Numbered from the stretch's first letter, positions 30,471 to 41,463 are shown. The stretch is 64,000 bases of DNA from an uncultured Verrucomicrobiae bacterium (GCA_963772365.1 CAVYXA010000001.1:1120001-1184000), one strand, 5' to 3'. Program-made: numbers and translations. Notes: generated by a model not told the origin, from the sequence alone.

Positions 30471-30678
30471 TTAGCTCTTCGCGCGAAAATCGCCGCCCGG
30501 CAGATACGTGTTTCAATTTCCGGGTCAAATCGCGGTATCGAGACGTGCGAGCGCCTTTGCCTACATAGCTGGCAAGCCACTCACGGAACACCATGTTCAA
30601 AGTTTTGCGTTCGCGCTGCGCACGTTCCCGCGCTTGCGCGATCAATCGCTCTTCGGCGCTCAAAGTGATATTCTTCAT
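30460..30678 (-). CDS. Cognate antitoxin (ribbon-helix-helix-like)
   Basis: MKNITLS...LNMVFREWL...FSREELNAR; overlaps the PIN gene. Confidence 0.85.
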   Translation of the reverse strand: MKNITLSAEERLIAQARERAQRERKTLNMVFREWLASYVGKGARTSRYRDLTRKLKHVSAGRRFSREELNAR

Positions 30679-30724
30679 GCCACTGAAATAGTGTGCACAG
30701 ATGTCGTGCTGGCGTCAACTGACC

Positions 30725-31642
30725 CTACACGTTCCACTTCTTGGGCAGCTTTTGTTTCAGTTTTTCGACCGGCTCAAACAGGTCGCCCATTTTTTCGACC
30801 CGGGCCAGCGTTTGATCGGACCGGAATTTTAGCAGCTTCGCTTTTTTCTTTTTCAGACAATTCTCGACCTCGTCCCACGTGACCGGCGTGGACACGGTGG
30901 GTTCTTCCCTGGCCCGCAACGAGTAAACGCAGATCGTTGTCTTGTGTTCGTCGTTCTGGCTCCAATCGACGAAGATTTTTCCTTTGCGCAGCGCCTTCGA
31001 CATTTTCGATACCACAAGATCGACATGTTCCCGCTCGAGATACTCCGCCAGCGCGTGCGAAAGTTCTTTCGTCTGATCGTAAGTGACCGGCGTATTGAGC
31101 GGGATATAGACCTGAAGTCCCTTTGAGCCGCTCGTTTTCGGGAAACTTTTCAATTTCATTTCGCCGAGCAGATCGCGCAGCCAAAGACCGACCTGACAAC
31201 ACTGGACGATGTCGGCCGGCGCACCGGGATCGAGATCGAACACCATCATGGTCGGCCGCTCGATGTTGTTCTTGCGCGAGAGCGAAGTATGCAATTCGAG
31301 ATCGGCCAGGTTCGCCGCCCAAACCAGCGTGGGCAGATCCTGAGCCAGGCAATAATCCATCATCCGATTGTTTCCTTCGCTCCAGACTTTTGCTGTTTTC
31401 ACCCAATTCGGCCGGTGCGACGGGCAATTCTTTTCGTAAAAAAATTCGCCTTCCACACCGTTGGGATAGCGCTTCATGGTGAGCGGGCGATCCTTGAGGT
31501 GCGGCAACAGAACCGGCGCGATGCGGATGTAATAATCGATCAGCTGCGACTTGGTGAAACCGGCCTTCGGATACAAAACCTTGTCGAGGTTCGATACGGA
31601 GAGCTTTTTGCCTTCAACTTCGAGCTGAGCTTTTTGAGCCAT
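30725..31642 (-). CDS. LigD polymerase (primase-like) domain protein, NHEJ
   Basis: SNLDKVLYP, RPLTMKRYPNG, FDLDPG, KTSGSKGLQVY, IFVDWSQN, YSLRA. Confidence 0.93.
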   Translation of the reverse strand: MAQKAQLEVEGKKLSVSNLDKVLYPKAGFTKSQLIDYYIRIAPVLLPHLKDRPLTMKRYPNGVEGEFFYEKNCPSHRPNWVKTAKVWSEGNNRMMDYCLAQDLPTLVWAANLADLELHTSLSRKNNIERPTMMVFDLDPGAPADIVQCCQVGLWLRDLLGEMKLKSFPKTSGSKGLQVYIPLNTPVTYDQTKELSHALAEYLEREHVDLVVSKMSKALRKGKIFVDWSQNDEHKTTICVYSLRAREEPTVSTPVTWDEVENCLKKKKAKLLKFRSDQTLARVEKMGDLFEPVEKLKQKLPKKWNV

Positions 31643-31661
31643 ACGCTGTGTTGCACGATAC

Positions 31662-31718
31662 AGGTAGGGGCGATTGACCTCAATCGCCCGCGGGCGGTTC
31701 GGTGAACCGCCCCTACCT
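31662..31718. repeat. GTAG-type REP-like palindrome
   Basis: AGGTAGGGGCGATTG...CAATCGCCC...CGCCCCTACCT. Confidence 0.75.
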
Positions 31719-31725
31719 CGGCGCG

Positions 31726-32916
31726 TCACGCAAAAAATCGCTCCGGCGAAAGTAATGGCTGCGGTTTGCAGATCCGCGCCACGCAATGTTCCCAGCTTTC
31801 GTGACCGCTCAGGATTTCGATCTCCACTCGCAGAAAATAAATCGGGACCTTAATCTCTGCTGCGGTCAGCCGTGGCATGCGCACGGCGTCCTTCTCGGTG
31901 GTTACGATCATCTCCAGATCGCGCCGGATGCACCGATTGATGAAGCTCTGCAACTCCGGCTCGGTGTAATAGTGATGATCGATGTAGCGCTTGGCCAGAT
32001 CGATGCGCGCGCCTAATTGTTTCAGCGCCTGTTCGAAACTTTCCGGTGCGGCAATTCCGCAAATCGAGCCGATGAATGTGTCGCGCAAACTTTCCAGCGG
32101 CAGTTGTTCGCCTGTGTAGATGTTTTGCAGATAAAGCGGCTGATGCGCGCACTCGATGATCTCCGCGGTGCGATTGTAACGCCGGATCCGTTCGATGAGG
32201 GCAGCGTTCGATTCGCCAGTGTTTTTGGTGATGAAAACATAACTGGCCCGGCGCAGATTCCTGGCCGGCTCGCGTAATGTGCCGCGGGGCAAAAGGAATT
32301 CGTTTCCGAACGGCGCCTGACGATCGACAAGCACGATATCGAGCCGGTGTTTGAGGTGCAGATATTGCAAGCCATCGTCGAGCAGAAGCGTGTCCACTTT
32401 CCAATTGTCGATGGCGAACCGGCCGCTTTTGACCCGGTCTTTGTCCACCAACACCACGACATCCTTCAAATTATGAGCCAGCATGTACGGCTCGTCTCCC
32501 GCCGTGCGCGAATCGAGCAGCAACGATGTCCCATCGGAAACAATTCGCGGAGGATCTACATTTCTCTTCGTGAGCCGATCCAGCCAGTTTCGCTTGCGCG
32601 GCATGCTTTTGTATCCGCGGCTTAAAATGGCGACCCGACGCCCGCCCGCTTGCAATGCCCGCGCGAATTTTTCCACGATCGGCGTCTTCCCAGTACCGCC
32701 CACCGTTAAATTGCCAATGCTGATGACAAGACAGCCGAGAGTCCGCTCGCGAAAAATTCGTTTCCGATAAAGATAAAGCCGGAGCTGAACGATCCGTTCG
32801 TACAAAAAGGAAAGCGCGTAAAGCAAACCTCGCAAAAGCGCGGCCCGGACTCCGCGGCGACGTTCCAGCACGACGTCGATCCCGAACTGCTCCAGATTTT
32901 CAAGGTGGCGACCCAT
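31726..32916 (-). CDS. lpxK: Tetraacyldisaccharide 4'-kinase
   Basis: SIGNLTVGGTGKTP, SRGY, GDEP, LDDGLQ, LLPRGTLRE, TTEKDAVR. Confidence 0.95.
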   Translation of the reverse strand: MGRHLENLEQFGIDVVLERRRGVRAALLRGLLYALSFLYERIVQLRLYLYRKRIFRERTLGCLVISIGNLTVGGTGKTPIVEKFARALQAGGRRVAILSRGYKSMPRKRNWLDRLTKRNVDPPRIVSDGTSLLLDSRTAGDEPYMLAHNLKDVVVLVDKDRVKSGRFAIDNWKVDTLLLDDGLQYLHLKHRLDIVLVDRQAPFGNEFLLPRGTLREPARNLRRASYVFITKNTGESNAALIERIRRYNRTAEIIECAHQPLYLQNIYTGEQLPLESLRDTFIGSICGIAAPESFEQALKQLGARIDLAKRYIDHHYYTEPELQSFINRCIRRDLEMIVTTEKDAVRMPRLTAAEIKVPIYFLRVEIEILSGHESWEHCVARICKPQPLLSPERFFA

Positions 32917-33787
32917 GGGAAAGTTTGAGGTTTGATGTTCGATGTTTGATTTGAGCGCCGCGATTCTCAGCGGTCGTGACAATTGTTTGTGCCGGTGTCG
33001 ATCCTGCAGCGCGTTTCATCGCAGCAGCAACTTCGTCCGGATTCTGCAATGTGATCGCGCAGATTGTCGATCCACTCCCGCTTAAGAAAGCGCCGAGAGC
33101 GCCCGCCTTTTCGGCAGCGGCAATCACTCGCGGCAAAAACGGAATGAGTTTGTGGCGAAACGGCTGGTGAAGATGATCGACAAATGCGCCGCGCAAATTT
33201 TCGTAGTCCCGCGAAGCGAACGCAGCGGTAATAGCGCAAGCATTCCCGCAATTTTCTACTGCGTCCGCTCGAAGTATCTTTCGCGGCAGAATTTTTCTCG
33301 CAGCCGATGTCTTCATTTCAAGCTCCGGGACCAAAAGCACAAAACGCAATTGCGATGCGACATCAAAGCGCTGCACGGTTTGGCAAGAAACGACGGTGAA
33401 TCCGCCGAAGTTCGCCGGCGCGGCATTATCCGGATGGCCTTCCAGTTCCGCGCACAATCGGAAGATCGACAATGGATCGAGCTGTTTACCTGCGAGCTCG
33501 TTCAATCCCTGCAGCACGCCGAGACGAATCGTAGCGCTACCGCCCAGCCCGCGAGCGCGCGGGATTCGTCCCTTGATCGTGCAGGAAAATGGAAGCGAGC
33601 GGCGACCCGTCGATTTGAAGAAAAGATTGGCAGCCTCCGACACGATCCGTGGAAGAGATTGTCGATCCACGGGGCCACGGGTGATGGTTATTTCGTTATA
33701 AATACGGAGGGCCACGCCGAGACAATCGAAGCCCGGTCCCAGATTGGAAGTGCTGGCCGGCACGCGAACAGTAACTTGTTGCAACAT
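32900..33787 (-). CDS. thrB: Homoserine kinase
   Basis: VPASTSNLGPGFDCLG, IPRARGLGGS, EGHPDN, LSGSGST. Confidence 0.95.
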   Translation of the reverse strand: MLQQVTVRVPASTSNLGPGFDCLGVALRIYNEITITRGPVDRQSLPRIVSEAANLFFKSTGRRSLPFSCTIKGRIPRARGLGGSATIRLGVLQGLNELAGKQLDPLSIFRLCAELEGHPDNAAPANFGGFTVVSCQTVQRFDVASQLRFVLLVPELEMKTSAARKILPRKILRADAVENCGNACAITAAFASRDYENLRGAFVDHLHQPFRHKLIPFLPRVIAAAEKAGALGAFLSGSGSTICAITLQNPDEVAAAMKRAAGSTPAQTIVTTAENRGAQIKHRTSNLKLSHGSPP

Positions 33788-33826
33788 TGTCGATGTAAGG
33801 TAGGGCCGAGAGTGTAACGGATTTGG

Positions 33827-34744
33827 ATGAAAAGAAAATCCGAGTGGATCGACGCAACGTTGCTGCGCGATTTCGAGGGGGAAGGAACCAACGCGCATCG
33901 GCTTTGCACCACTGTGGATGGATGGGTCGAGCGCTTCGGTCGCGACATCCTCATCTCCTACAAGTATCCATCGGCCCGGGAACAGTTGATCACGAACTTT
34001 CATTCCTGGGCGGAAGAGATTGGTTTCCAGTTCAACCGCATCTTTGCCCGATTTTTGCCCAAAAAAAATGAGGAACGCGAAACGCCGCGTCTCTTCATCG
34101 GAGATCCCAACGAGAATCTTCAAACGGCCGCGACCGAACGCCGGCTCCAATTTGGGATCGATTTTGGCGCCGGCTATTCTGTTGGTTTGTTTGTCGATCA
34201 ACGAGAAAATCGCAGTTACCTCCGACGGCTCGGCGCGAAGCGGCTGCTCAATTGTTTTGCCTACACCTGCGCCTTTTCTGTCTCGGCAGCCTCAGCCGGA
34301 GCGATCACCCTCAATGTCGATCTTTCAAAAAAATCGCTCCTGCGCGGCCGTGAAAATTTCTCATTGAACAGTCTGGCGACCAGCGGACATCGCTTCATTG
34401 CGGAAGATGTTTTCGCAATTCTGCCTCGACTGGCGCGCCGGGGAGAAAAATTCGATGCCATCATTCTCGATCCGCCCACCTTTTCCCGGTCGTATCGCGG
34501 CGGATCCTTCCGCGTCGAACGAGATTTTGAGAAGCTACTGCTTACCGCTCTGGAGTTAACCGAACGGAACGCGAGCATTCTGATTTCAACCAATTGCTCC
34601 ACATTGAGCGGACGCGCACTCGAGGTGATGGCTCGTTATTGCCTGAAAATAACCCGGCGCGCCGGAAATTTTCGTCGAACACTGCCCCTTTCCGATTTTC
34701 CGCCTGGCGCAGGGGCCAGCTCGGTGTGGTTAACTTTGCGTTAG
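33827..34744 (+). CDS. Class I SAM-dependent methyltransferase (RlmI/RlmK-like)
   Basis: GLFVDQRENR, LNCFAYTCAFS, FDAIILDPPTF. Confidence 0.88.
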   Translation: MKRKSEWIDATLLRDFEGEGTNAHRLCTTVDGWVERFGRDILISYKYPSAREQLITNFHSWAEEIGFQFNRIFARFLPKKNEERETPRLFIGDPNENLQTAATERRLQFGIDFGAGYSVGLFVDQRENRSYLRRLGAKRLLNCFAYTCAFSVSAASAGAITLNVDLSKKSLLRGRENFSLNSLATSGHRFIAEDVFAILPRLARRGEKFDAIILDPPTFSRSYRGGSFRVERDFEKLLLTALELTERNASILISTNCSTLSGRALEVMARYCLKITRRAGNFRRTLPLSDFPPGAGASSVWLTLR

Positions 34745-34784
34745 GTAGTGTTTGTTGATTATCAGTTACCAAGAGTGGCCAAAA

Positions 34785-34847
34785 CAACCCTCACCTGGCG
34801 CTTCGCGTCCTCCTCTCCCTGCCAGGGAGAGGACTGAGGTGAGGGTT
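34785..34847. repeat. CCCTCACC/GGTGAGGG palindromic element
   Basis: AACCCTCACC...CCTCTCCCTGCCAGGGAGAGG...GGTGAGGGTT; related to the insert at ~45879-46020. Confidence 0.7.
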
Positions 34848-34958
34848 CGTGTGACCTGACAATCGACCAACACTACCTTTGCGTTGACGCCGAGAGCGTT
34901 CGGAGTTGACCAAATTGATGCGCGCGGGCAATGATCGGTATTCGAATTCTAAGAGAGT

Positions 34959-35225
34959 ATGGACAAAACCGAGGACTTTGCGCAGCGCGGGATTGAATAT
35001 GCTCGGGGACAGGTCGATGCGGTTCTGAGTCAGACGGAAGATTATGTCCGCGAGCGACCCGGGCAGTCGCTTCTTTATGCATTTCTGGCAGGATTCATTG
35101 TCAATCGGCTGCCGGTGGGGCGAATTCTGGGTGGCCTTTTTCGCCTGGCATTGCTGGCATTGAAACCAGCCATGCTGATATACGGCGCGACCAAGCTCTA
35201 CAAAACGCTGGAAGAAGAGCGTTGA
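34959..35225 (+). CDS. Small ElaB/YqjD (DUF883)-like membrane-anchored protein
   Basis: TEDYVRERPGQSLLYAFLAGF pattern. Confidence 0.65.
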   Translation: MDKTEDFAQRGIEYARGQVDAVLSQTEDYVRERPGQSLLYAFLAGFIVNRLPVGRILGGLFRLALLALKPAMLIYGATKLYKTLEEER

Positions 35226-35273
35226 GGCGTGGCATCGGCTTCCAGCCGATCGTCCATCGACAGGATGTCGATG

Positions 35274-35483
35274 CTACTCGTCGAGCGTGAAGCCGACTTT
35301 CAGCGTCACCTGCCAGTGGGCAATCTTGCCTTCTTCGACGTAGCCGCGCGTTTCGCTCACCTCAAACCAGCGCATGTTGCGAACGGTTTTCCCGGCGCGC
35401 GTCAGCGCGTTTTTCACGGCGTCGTCAAACGAATTCGGCGAAGAACCAACCAGCTCGATTTTTTTGTAAACGTGATCAGCCAT
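35274..35483 (-). CDS. Dodecin (flavin-binding protein)
   Basis: [12 protein letters not shown]...[12 protein letters not shown]...[11 protein letters not shown]. Confidence 0.95.
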   Translation of the reverse strand: MADHVYKKIELVGSSPNSFDDAVKNALTRAGKTVRNMRWFEVSETRGYVEEGKIAHWQVTLKVGFTLDE

Positions 35484-35784
35484 GATTTGATTCTGACCTG
35501 ATTAGTCGTTGACGCCAGAAAATACGTGATCGCCGTGACCAGCTTGGTTAACTCATACCGTTCTTTGCGAGTTGGGCGCCGAAAAAGCGGTGCGAAGACG
35601 CCCCGCCACTCCGAAAGCTTCGCAAAATGAAGCGATGTCCGTCATCATTTCGCACGAAGTGCTTTCAGAGTGCGTGCGCGTCCTCGCGTCGCTTTCAACC
35701 AGCTGCGCAAAGCCAGGAGTAGCCGTCGCCACGAGAACCAGCGCGCTTGCCCTCCAATGCCATAGCCAAGGATGCGGCGAGAGA

Positions 35785-35858
35785 AATTGTAGGGCAGGCG
35801 TTTCGCCTGCCGACCACATCCCAGATATGCCGGCAAGCGGAGCGCTTGCCCTACAATT
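35785..35858. repeat. GTAG REP doublet of the family flanking the RAYT gene
   Basis: TTGTAGGGCAGGCGTTTCGCCTGCC...GGCAAGCGGAGCGCTTGCCCTACAA. Confidence 0.85.
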
Positions 35859-35882
35859 CGCTTCGCGATATTAAAACTCTGC

Positions 35883-37838
35883 ATGCAGGCGAACATCGAA
35901 TCGCATTTGAAGGAGAAGCGCGTCTTCAGGCCTTCCAAACAATTTGCGGCCAAAGCGAGAATCAAGAGCCTCGCTCATTATCGGCGGATGTATCGAGAGT
36001 CGCTATGGCAGCCAGCAAAATTTTGGTCGCGCGAAGCGCGTGAGCTCGTCTGGCGCGCCCCTTGGAAAAAAGTCCTCCAGTGGAAGGCACCTTTCGCGAA
36101 ATGGTTCATCGGCGGGAAAATCAATGTCTCGGAGAATTGTCTGGATCGACATCTGACCGGTCCGCGACGAAATAAGGCCGCGATTATGTGGGAAGGTGAG
36201 CCTGGTGAGAAACGCACCCTCACTTACCAGCAGCTTCACCATGAGGTTTGCCGGTTCGCCAATGTTTTGAAGCGAAACAAGATCGACAAGGGCGATCGCG
36301 TAATCATTTATCTCCCCACGATCCCGGAGGCGGCGATCGCCATGCTCGCCTGCGCCCGCATCGGCGCAGTGCATTCAGTCGTGTTCGGCGGATTTAGTCC
36401 GGATAGCATTCGGGACCGAATCGCTGATAGCGGCGCGATTGCCGTGATTACAGCCGATGGCGGCTATCGACGAGGCACGATTGTTCCGCTCAAGAAAAAT
36501 GTCGATGATGCACTGCGCGGTCCGGCGGCTGCCGGATCCATCAAGCGCGTGATTGTCTTTCGGCGGGCCGGAAATGAAATCCACATGGAAGAAGGTCGCG
36601 ACGTCTGGTGGCACCGCGAATTGGAGTATGTCGATGCAAACTGCCCGCCGGTTGCGCTCGATTCCGAGCATCCGCTTTATATTCTCTACACCAGCGGTTC
36701 TACGGGTAAACCGAAGGGAATCCTGCACACCACCGGGGGTTACCTGGTCGGGATTTATTGCACGACGAAGTATGTCTTCGATCTCCGCGACGAAGATATT
36801 TTTTGGTGCACGGCGGATGTCGGCTGGGTGACCGGTCATAGCTATGTCGTTTACGGTCCGCTTGCCAATGGCGCGACCACTTTCCTGTACGAAGGCGCAC
36901 CGAACTGGCCTGAGCCGGACCGGTTTTGGAAAATCATTGAAGAGAACCGAATCAACATTCTTTACACGGCGCCGACGGCGATCCGCGCGTTCATTCGCTG
37001 GGGCGATCACTGGGTGAAGAAACACGATCTCTCTTCCCTGCGGTTGCTAGGCACGGTGGGCGAACCGATCAACCCGGAAGCATGGATTTGGTATCAAAAA
37101 CAAATCGGCGGCGACCGTTGCCCGATTGTCGATACGTGGTGGCAGACGGAGACCGGCGCGATCATGATTACGCCATTGCCCGGCGCGATTCCGACAAAAC
37201 CTGGAAGCGCGACGCTGCCGTTTTTTGGCGTCGATGCGGCGATTGTCGATGCAAAAGGCAAACAAGTGGGACCGAACGTCGGCGGCAAGTTGATCATCCG
37301 TCAGCCGTGGCCGTCGATGCTCCGCACCATCTACGGCGACAAGGAGCGCTACCAAAAACAATACTGGAGCGAGTTTAAAGGAAACTATCTGACTGGCGAT
37401 GGGGCCCGGCGAGATGAAGATGGATATTTCTGGATCGTCGGCCGAATCGATGATGTCTTGAATGTCGCAGGGCATCGGTTAGGGACATCGGAGATCGAGA
37501 GTGCGTTGGTGAGTCATCCGCGAGTCGCGGAGGCGGCCGTTGTCGGCAGACCGGATGAGATGAAAGGCCAGGGAGTCGTCGCCTTTGTCACGCTGAAGTC
37601 AGGAATCGACCCGAACCCAATTTTGAAAAGCGAATTACGCCACCACGTCGGCGTGCACATCGGCGCCATCGCCAAACCTGACGAAATCCGTTTCGCCGAG
37701 GCGCTGCCGAAAACGCGCAGCGGAAAAATCATGCGCCGTCTTCTCAAGGAGATCGCCACCGGCGCAAAGGTCACCGGCGACACCACGACGCTGGAAGATT
37801 TCAGCGTGCTGGCGAAATTGGCAGAGACCGACGAATAA
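35883..37838 (+). CDS. acs: Acetyl-CoA synthetase
   Basis: [44 protein letters not shown]. Confidence 0.97.
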   Translation: MQANIESHLKEKRVFRPSKQFAAKARIKSLAHYRRMYRESLWQPAKFWSREARELVWRAPWKKVLQWKAPFAKWFIGGKINVSENCLDRHLTGPRRNKAAIMWEGEPGEKRTLTYQQLHHEVCRFANVLKRNKIDKGDRVIIYLPTIPEAAIAMLACARIGAVHSVVFGGFSPDSIRDRIADSGAIAVITADGGYRRGTIVPLKKNVDDALRGPAAAGSIKRVIVFRRAGNEIHMEEGRDVWWHRELEYVDANCPPVALDSEHPLYILYTSGSTGKPKGILHTTGGYLVGIYCTTKYVFDLRDEDIFWCTADVGWVTGHSYVVYGPLANGATTFLYEGAPNWPEPDRFWKIIEENRINILYTAPTAIRAFIRWGDHWVKKHDLSSLRLLGTVGEPINPEAWIWYQKQIGGDRCPIVDTWWQTETGAIMITPLPGAIPTKPGSATLPFFGVDAAIVDAKGKQVGPNVGGKLIIRQPWPSMLRTIYGDKERYQKQYWSEFKGNYLTGDGARRDEDGYFWIVGRIDDVLNVAGHRLGTSEIESALVSHPRVAEAAVVGRPDEMKGQGVVAFVTLKSGIDPNPILKSELRHHVGVHIGAIAKPDEIRFAEALPKTRSGKIMRRLLKEIATGAKVTGDTTTLEDFSVLAKLAETDE

Positions 37839-37844
37839 GATCGT

Positions 37845-38264
37845 CTACCACTCGCGGAATGGCGCCCAGCCGTGCCAGATTTCTGTGATCGGATATTCTC
37901 TTGGCAGAGCCCTGATTACAAAAATGCCCTGCTGACGCTTGCTCTGAATTTCCGCATTCTCGAAATACCTGCGGTAAGCATATTGATCGCCCACATAGAG
38001 CTGTCCGGTCTGAGTGTCGGGATAAAGATAGTAGGTCGCGCCGCCCTGCCTGACGGCGGTAAACGTGTCGGTAGGCATGGTTCGCAGTTGTTCCCTCTGC
38101 ATTGGCGTGTTCGCAGACCTGACCCTAAATCCGGCTGCAACGAGGGCCGGGCCCGGTGAAGCAGTGGCTGTCATGTTTGGTTCCGACGCGCACGCCGAAA
38201 TCAAAATGCCCGCCAACGCGCTGAGCAGCAAACCGCCGAATACTCTGGTCTTTTGGTGTTTCAT
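37845..38264 (-). CDS. Putative lipoprotein
   Basis: Lipobox-like ILISA-C after a hydrophobic signal. Confidence 0.7.
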   Translation of the reverse strand: MKHQKTRVFGGLLLSALAGILISACASEPNMTATASPGPALVAAGFRVRSANTPMQREQLRTMPTDTFTAVRQGGATYYLYPDTQTGQLYVGDQYAYRRYFENAEIQSKRQQGIFVIRALPREYPITEIWHGWAPFREW

Positions 38265-38403
38265 GTTTTCATCTTTCTACGTCGATCCCCCGAAATGGTT
38301 TCGCTTTTCGACACCGGCGTGGCCGTTAGCAACGATTTGTCGAAACCGGTTACGAAATGGCAAATTCGCTTTTTCCGGCTGCCGGTTCGGATAGGATTAC
38401 CCC

Positions 38404-40275
38404 GTGAGTTTCATTCGAACAGGATTGCGCGAAATCGTTCTGAAGGTGCGCCGGCAGCGGACCCGTCTGGCTCTTCGGCATCAGCGGCGGCTTTTGCAAA
38501 GAAGCGAAATCAATCTTGGCCGGGAAGGAACTTCCCAGGCCGCCAATTTCCCCGAGCTGCGCAACGAGATCGTGGCGCTCAAAAAACTCGAACAGGAGCA
38601 GAAAGAAGTCGCGCTGCGGATCAGCCAGATTGAGGAAGGCATCAAAGGCATAGCCGGTGAGCGCGAAGAGAACACTCGCCAGCAGAATGAAGCGATCTCG
38701 AAACTCGAGGCCGACAAAAAACCTCTGCTTCAGCAGCAAAAAGAGGCCCGGAACGCTGTCGAAGTTTGCCAACGCGAACTGTCGGCTGTGGAAAATCGTC
38801 TGGAGGAAAATGATGCTGCCAATCGCGAGCTTTCGAAAAAACTGGCGGATCTGCAAGCAGTCAAACCTCCCCCGGACGATTTAGAAGAACAATCGGCCAA
38901 TATTGCCAGCCGTCGGGCGAGACTTCCAGGTGAACGCGAGGAACTCACTCGAGCGCGGCTCGGCAGCGCGGATGCGGTTCGTCTTGCCAAAGAGAAATTG
39001 GCGGCGGCGGAAGCGGAGGTCGCAGTCGTGGATAAGAAAATCGCGGACGTCCGAGCCGACTTCGAATCGCGCGACCGGGCGTTAAATGAAAATCTCCGAA
39101 CACAGGAGGAAGCGATGCGCGAGGCACGCGCGCATCACCAAGTAGTCGAAGAACGAAAGAACCCGGCTTATCTGAACATTGGGCGTCACCTTGCCTCGCA
39201 GGGAATTGCTCCGCCGAATGCGCCCGAACTACTCACCGAAGTGCAACGGCATCGTGCGGCGGTGGATCGACATCTGGAGCACACCGCCGAGCTCGCCTTG
39301 CTTTCCAGTAAGATCGACAAACAGGAGCTGCGTAAGTTTTACTTTAGTGTGATTTCAATCGTGGCGCTGTTGGCGATCATCCTGCCCTTGATTTTCCAGT
39401 CACCGTCAAGGCGGGAATGGCTGCCACAGGAAACCGACGCCATTCTATCGATCAACACCGATGCGCTGGAACACGATGAGCTCGCCAAGTCCTGGCAAAA
39501 AAGTCAGCCCCAGGAATGGGATCAAATCTGGACCGGGCTTGTTGGCCCTGCAGGAAAAGCTCCAGGGTTAAATCTGTCCAAGGACGCAACGCGAATCACG
39601 CGTGCCGTGACCACAGACCAGGCTGGCAAAACCCGGGAGTTCATTCTGATCGAGGCTCGCGGGGATGTATCCAAGGCAATCGCTGCCATGGATCAGGACA
39701 AGACCTTCGACAAACGCGCGATCAGCGGGCTTCCGGTTTGGGAACGGTCCGATTTCTCTGTATCTCGAGTTGGACCGAACACGTTGGCCGTGGGGGCATC
39801 GAGTGAGGTCAGCGAGCTGGTCCGCGTCCGACTCGGGATGGAATCGGACCTCAAGATTAGCGGGCAACTCTTCGATCGATTTCAAGCGCTCGATCGCGAA
39901 AGCACGCTCCGCCTGATTTCGCGCAACCCGCCAGACCTGGCTCGCCTATTTCAACCAATCTTCACGCCGGAGCTGCTCAATGCTTCACAATTGTTTGGGC
40001 TTGCCCTAAGTTTGCAAAAACCACCGAAGGCCCGGCTATTATTGAAGCTCAATTCACCAGAAGACGCTTCAAGGCTCGCGCGGGAAATACAAATCGATCC
40101 AAAAAAATGGCTGCGTCTCGAGGATTCCGATCTGCTTATTTATTCCCAGGCTCCGGATATTCAAAAGCAAGGAACCAATCTCGAGCTGCGGTTCAGTGTT
40201 GCCGAGGGGACCGCGAGGGCGCTGCTCGAAAGAATCGCGCACACGCCGCCCTCAACTCCGGTCGCTACGGAGTAA
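38404..40275 (+). CDS. Hypothetical protein: long N-terminal coiled coil, one TM helix, extracytoplasmic domain
   Basis: E/Q/R/L heptad-rich ~300 aa, TM FYFSVISIVALLAIILPLIF. Confidence 0.8.
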   Translation: MSFIRTGLREIVLKVRRQRTRLALRHQRRLLQRSEINLGREGTSQAANFPELRNEIVALKKLEQEQKEVALRISQIEEGIKGIAGEREENTRQQNEAISKLEADKKPLLQQQKEARNAVEVCQRELSAVENRLEENDAANRELSKKLADLQAVKPPPDDLEEQSANIASRRARLPGEREELTRARLGSADAVRLAKEKLAAAEAEVAVVDKKIADVRADFESRDRALNENLRTQEEAMREARAHHQVVEERKNPAYLNIGRHLASQGIAPPNAPELLTEVQRHRAAVDRHLEHTAELALLSSKIDKQELRKFYFSVISIVALLAIILPLIFQSPSRREWLPQETDAILSINTDALEHDELAKSWQKSQPQEWDQIWTGLVGPAGKAPGLNLSKDATRITRAVTTDQAGKTREFILIEARGDVSKAIAAMDQDKTFDKRAISGLPVWERSDFSVSRVGPNTLAVGASSEVSELVRVRLGMESDLKISGQLFDRFQALDRESTLRLISRNPPDLARLFQPIFTPELLNASQLFGLALSLQKPPKARLLLKLNSPEDASRLAREIQIDPKKWLRLEDSDLLIYSQAPDIQKQGTNLELRFSVAEGTARALLERIAHTPPSTPVATE

Positions 40276-40300
40276 ACCAATTTCAATAAACGCCTCGCAT

Positions 40301-40963
40301 ATGGTGAAAAAGCAAAAACTCTTCGTCGTGATTGCCACGCTGTTGGCGTCGTTCGTTCCTGCGCACGCGCAGGTGAAATTCCCCCTGGTTGATATCAAGT
40401 CGGTCGATCCTTCCATTGCGGTCAAGCTTCGCTATGCCACTGCCAACAACATCGCCGGTCATGCTTTATATCCGGCAAAAATGCGCGCACTGGTTCGACC
40501 GGAGGTCGCCCAATGCCTCGCCAGAGCGCAGAAATTTCTCAGACCTTATCAGTACTCGCTCATCATTTGGGATGCTTATCGACCGAAATCCGTGCAGCGG
40601 AAACTGTGGCACGCTGTTTCCAGAAATGCTTACGTAGCCGATCCGCATGTCGGGGCGGGATCCATGCACAGTTGGGGCGTCGCTGTCGATGTTACGCTGC
40701 TTGATTCATATGGGCGGCCAGCCAGTATGCCGACCGATTATGATACGTTCACCCCGGCAGCCATGTGGCGTTATCAGGGACGCGACCCGGCGGTCCGCAA
40801 GCATCTGCTTCTATTGCAAACCGCCATGTGCCGCGCCGGCTTTTATGGATTGCCCAGCGAATGGTGGCATTTCACTATCGCGAACTGGGATGAATTATTG
40901 CCGCCGAACGAAGTGAAACGTGCGGCCGAAAATTTTCGGAAAAAACGGGGGCAAAAATCATGA
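40301..40963 (+). CDS. M15 family D-Ala-D-Ala dipeptidase (VanX/DdpX-like) with signal peptide
   Basis: LRYAT.NN, WDAYRP, SMHSWGVAVD (SxHxxGxAxD), EWWHF. Confidence 0.92.
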   Translation: MVKKQKLFVVIATLLASFVPAHAQVKFPLVDIKSVDPSIAVKLRYATANNIAGHALYPAKMRALVRPEVAQCLARAQKFLRPYQYSLIIWDAYRPKSVQRKLWHAVSRNAYVADPHVGAGSMHSWGVAVDVTLLDSYGRPASMPTDYDTFTPAAMWRYQGRDPAVRKHLLLLQTAMCRAGFYGLPSEWWHFTIANWDELLPPNEVKRAAENFRKKRGQKS

Positions 40964-41463
40964 TCGATGCGCTGATGCGCGATCTGCGCCAACCCGAATA
41001 CATTCACGTCCTGCTCAATCCGCTGCCGGTTTATGGATTGTTAATGGGCTGGATCGCATTGCTAGCGGCGATCTTGCTGCGCAGCCGGGCGGCCCATATC
41101 GCTGCTCTCGTGGTCGTATTCATTAGCGCCGCGTCGGCCTGGCCCGTCTACGAATACGGCGAGGAAGGATACGATCGCGTATTGTCGATGACCGACGATC
41201 CCGGTCACGCCTGGCTCGACGAGCATCGAGATCGAGCCGAAGACCTGATCTATTTCTTCTACGCACTTGCTGTTCTGAGCGCCGTTGGCATTGTCGCGCC
41301 TATCAAGTGGCCCAAATCATCGATGCCGCTCGCGGTTGCCGTGCTCCTGATGGGAGCCGTAACGGTGGGAATGGGAGCATATATTGCTCATGCTGGCGGC
41401 AAGATTCGGCACCGGGAATTTCGGAACGAACCGCCGCCGCCTACACACGAGCACGAGTATTGA
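40960..41463 (+). CDS. His-containing four-TM membrane protein (DUF2231-like)
   Basis: HVLLNPLP, DEH, GGKIRHREFR; ATGA overlap with the previous gene. Confidence 0.7.
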   Translation: MIDALMRDLRQPEYIHVLLNPLPVYGLLMGWIALLAAILLRSRAAHIAALVVVFISAASAWPVYEYGEEGYDRVLSMTDDPGHAWLDEHRDRAEDLIYFFYALAVLSAVGIVAPIKWPKSSMPLAVAVLLMGAVTVGMGAYIAHAGGKIRHREFRNEPPPPTHEHEY

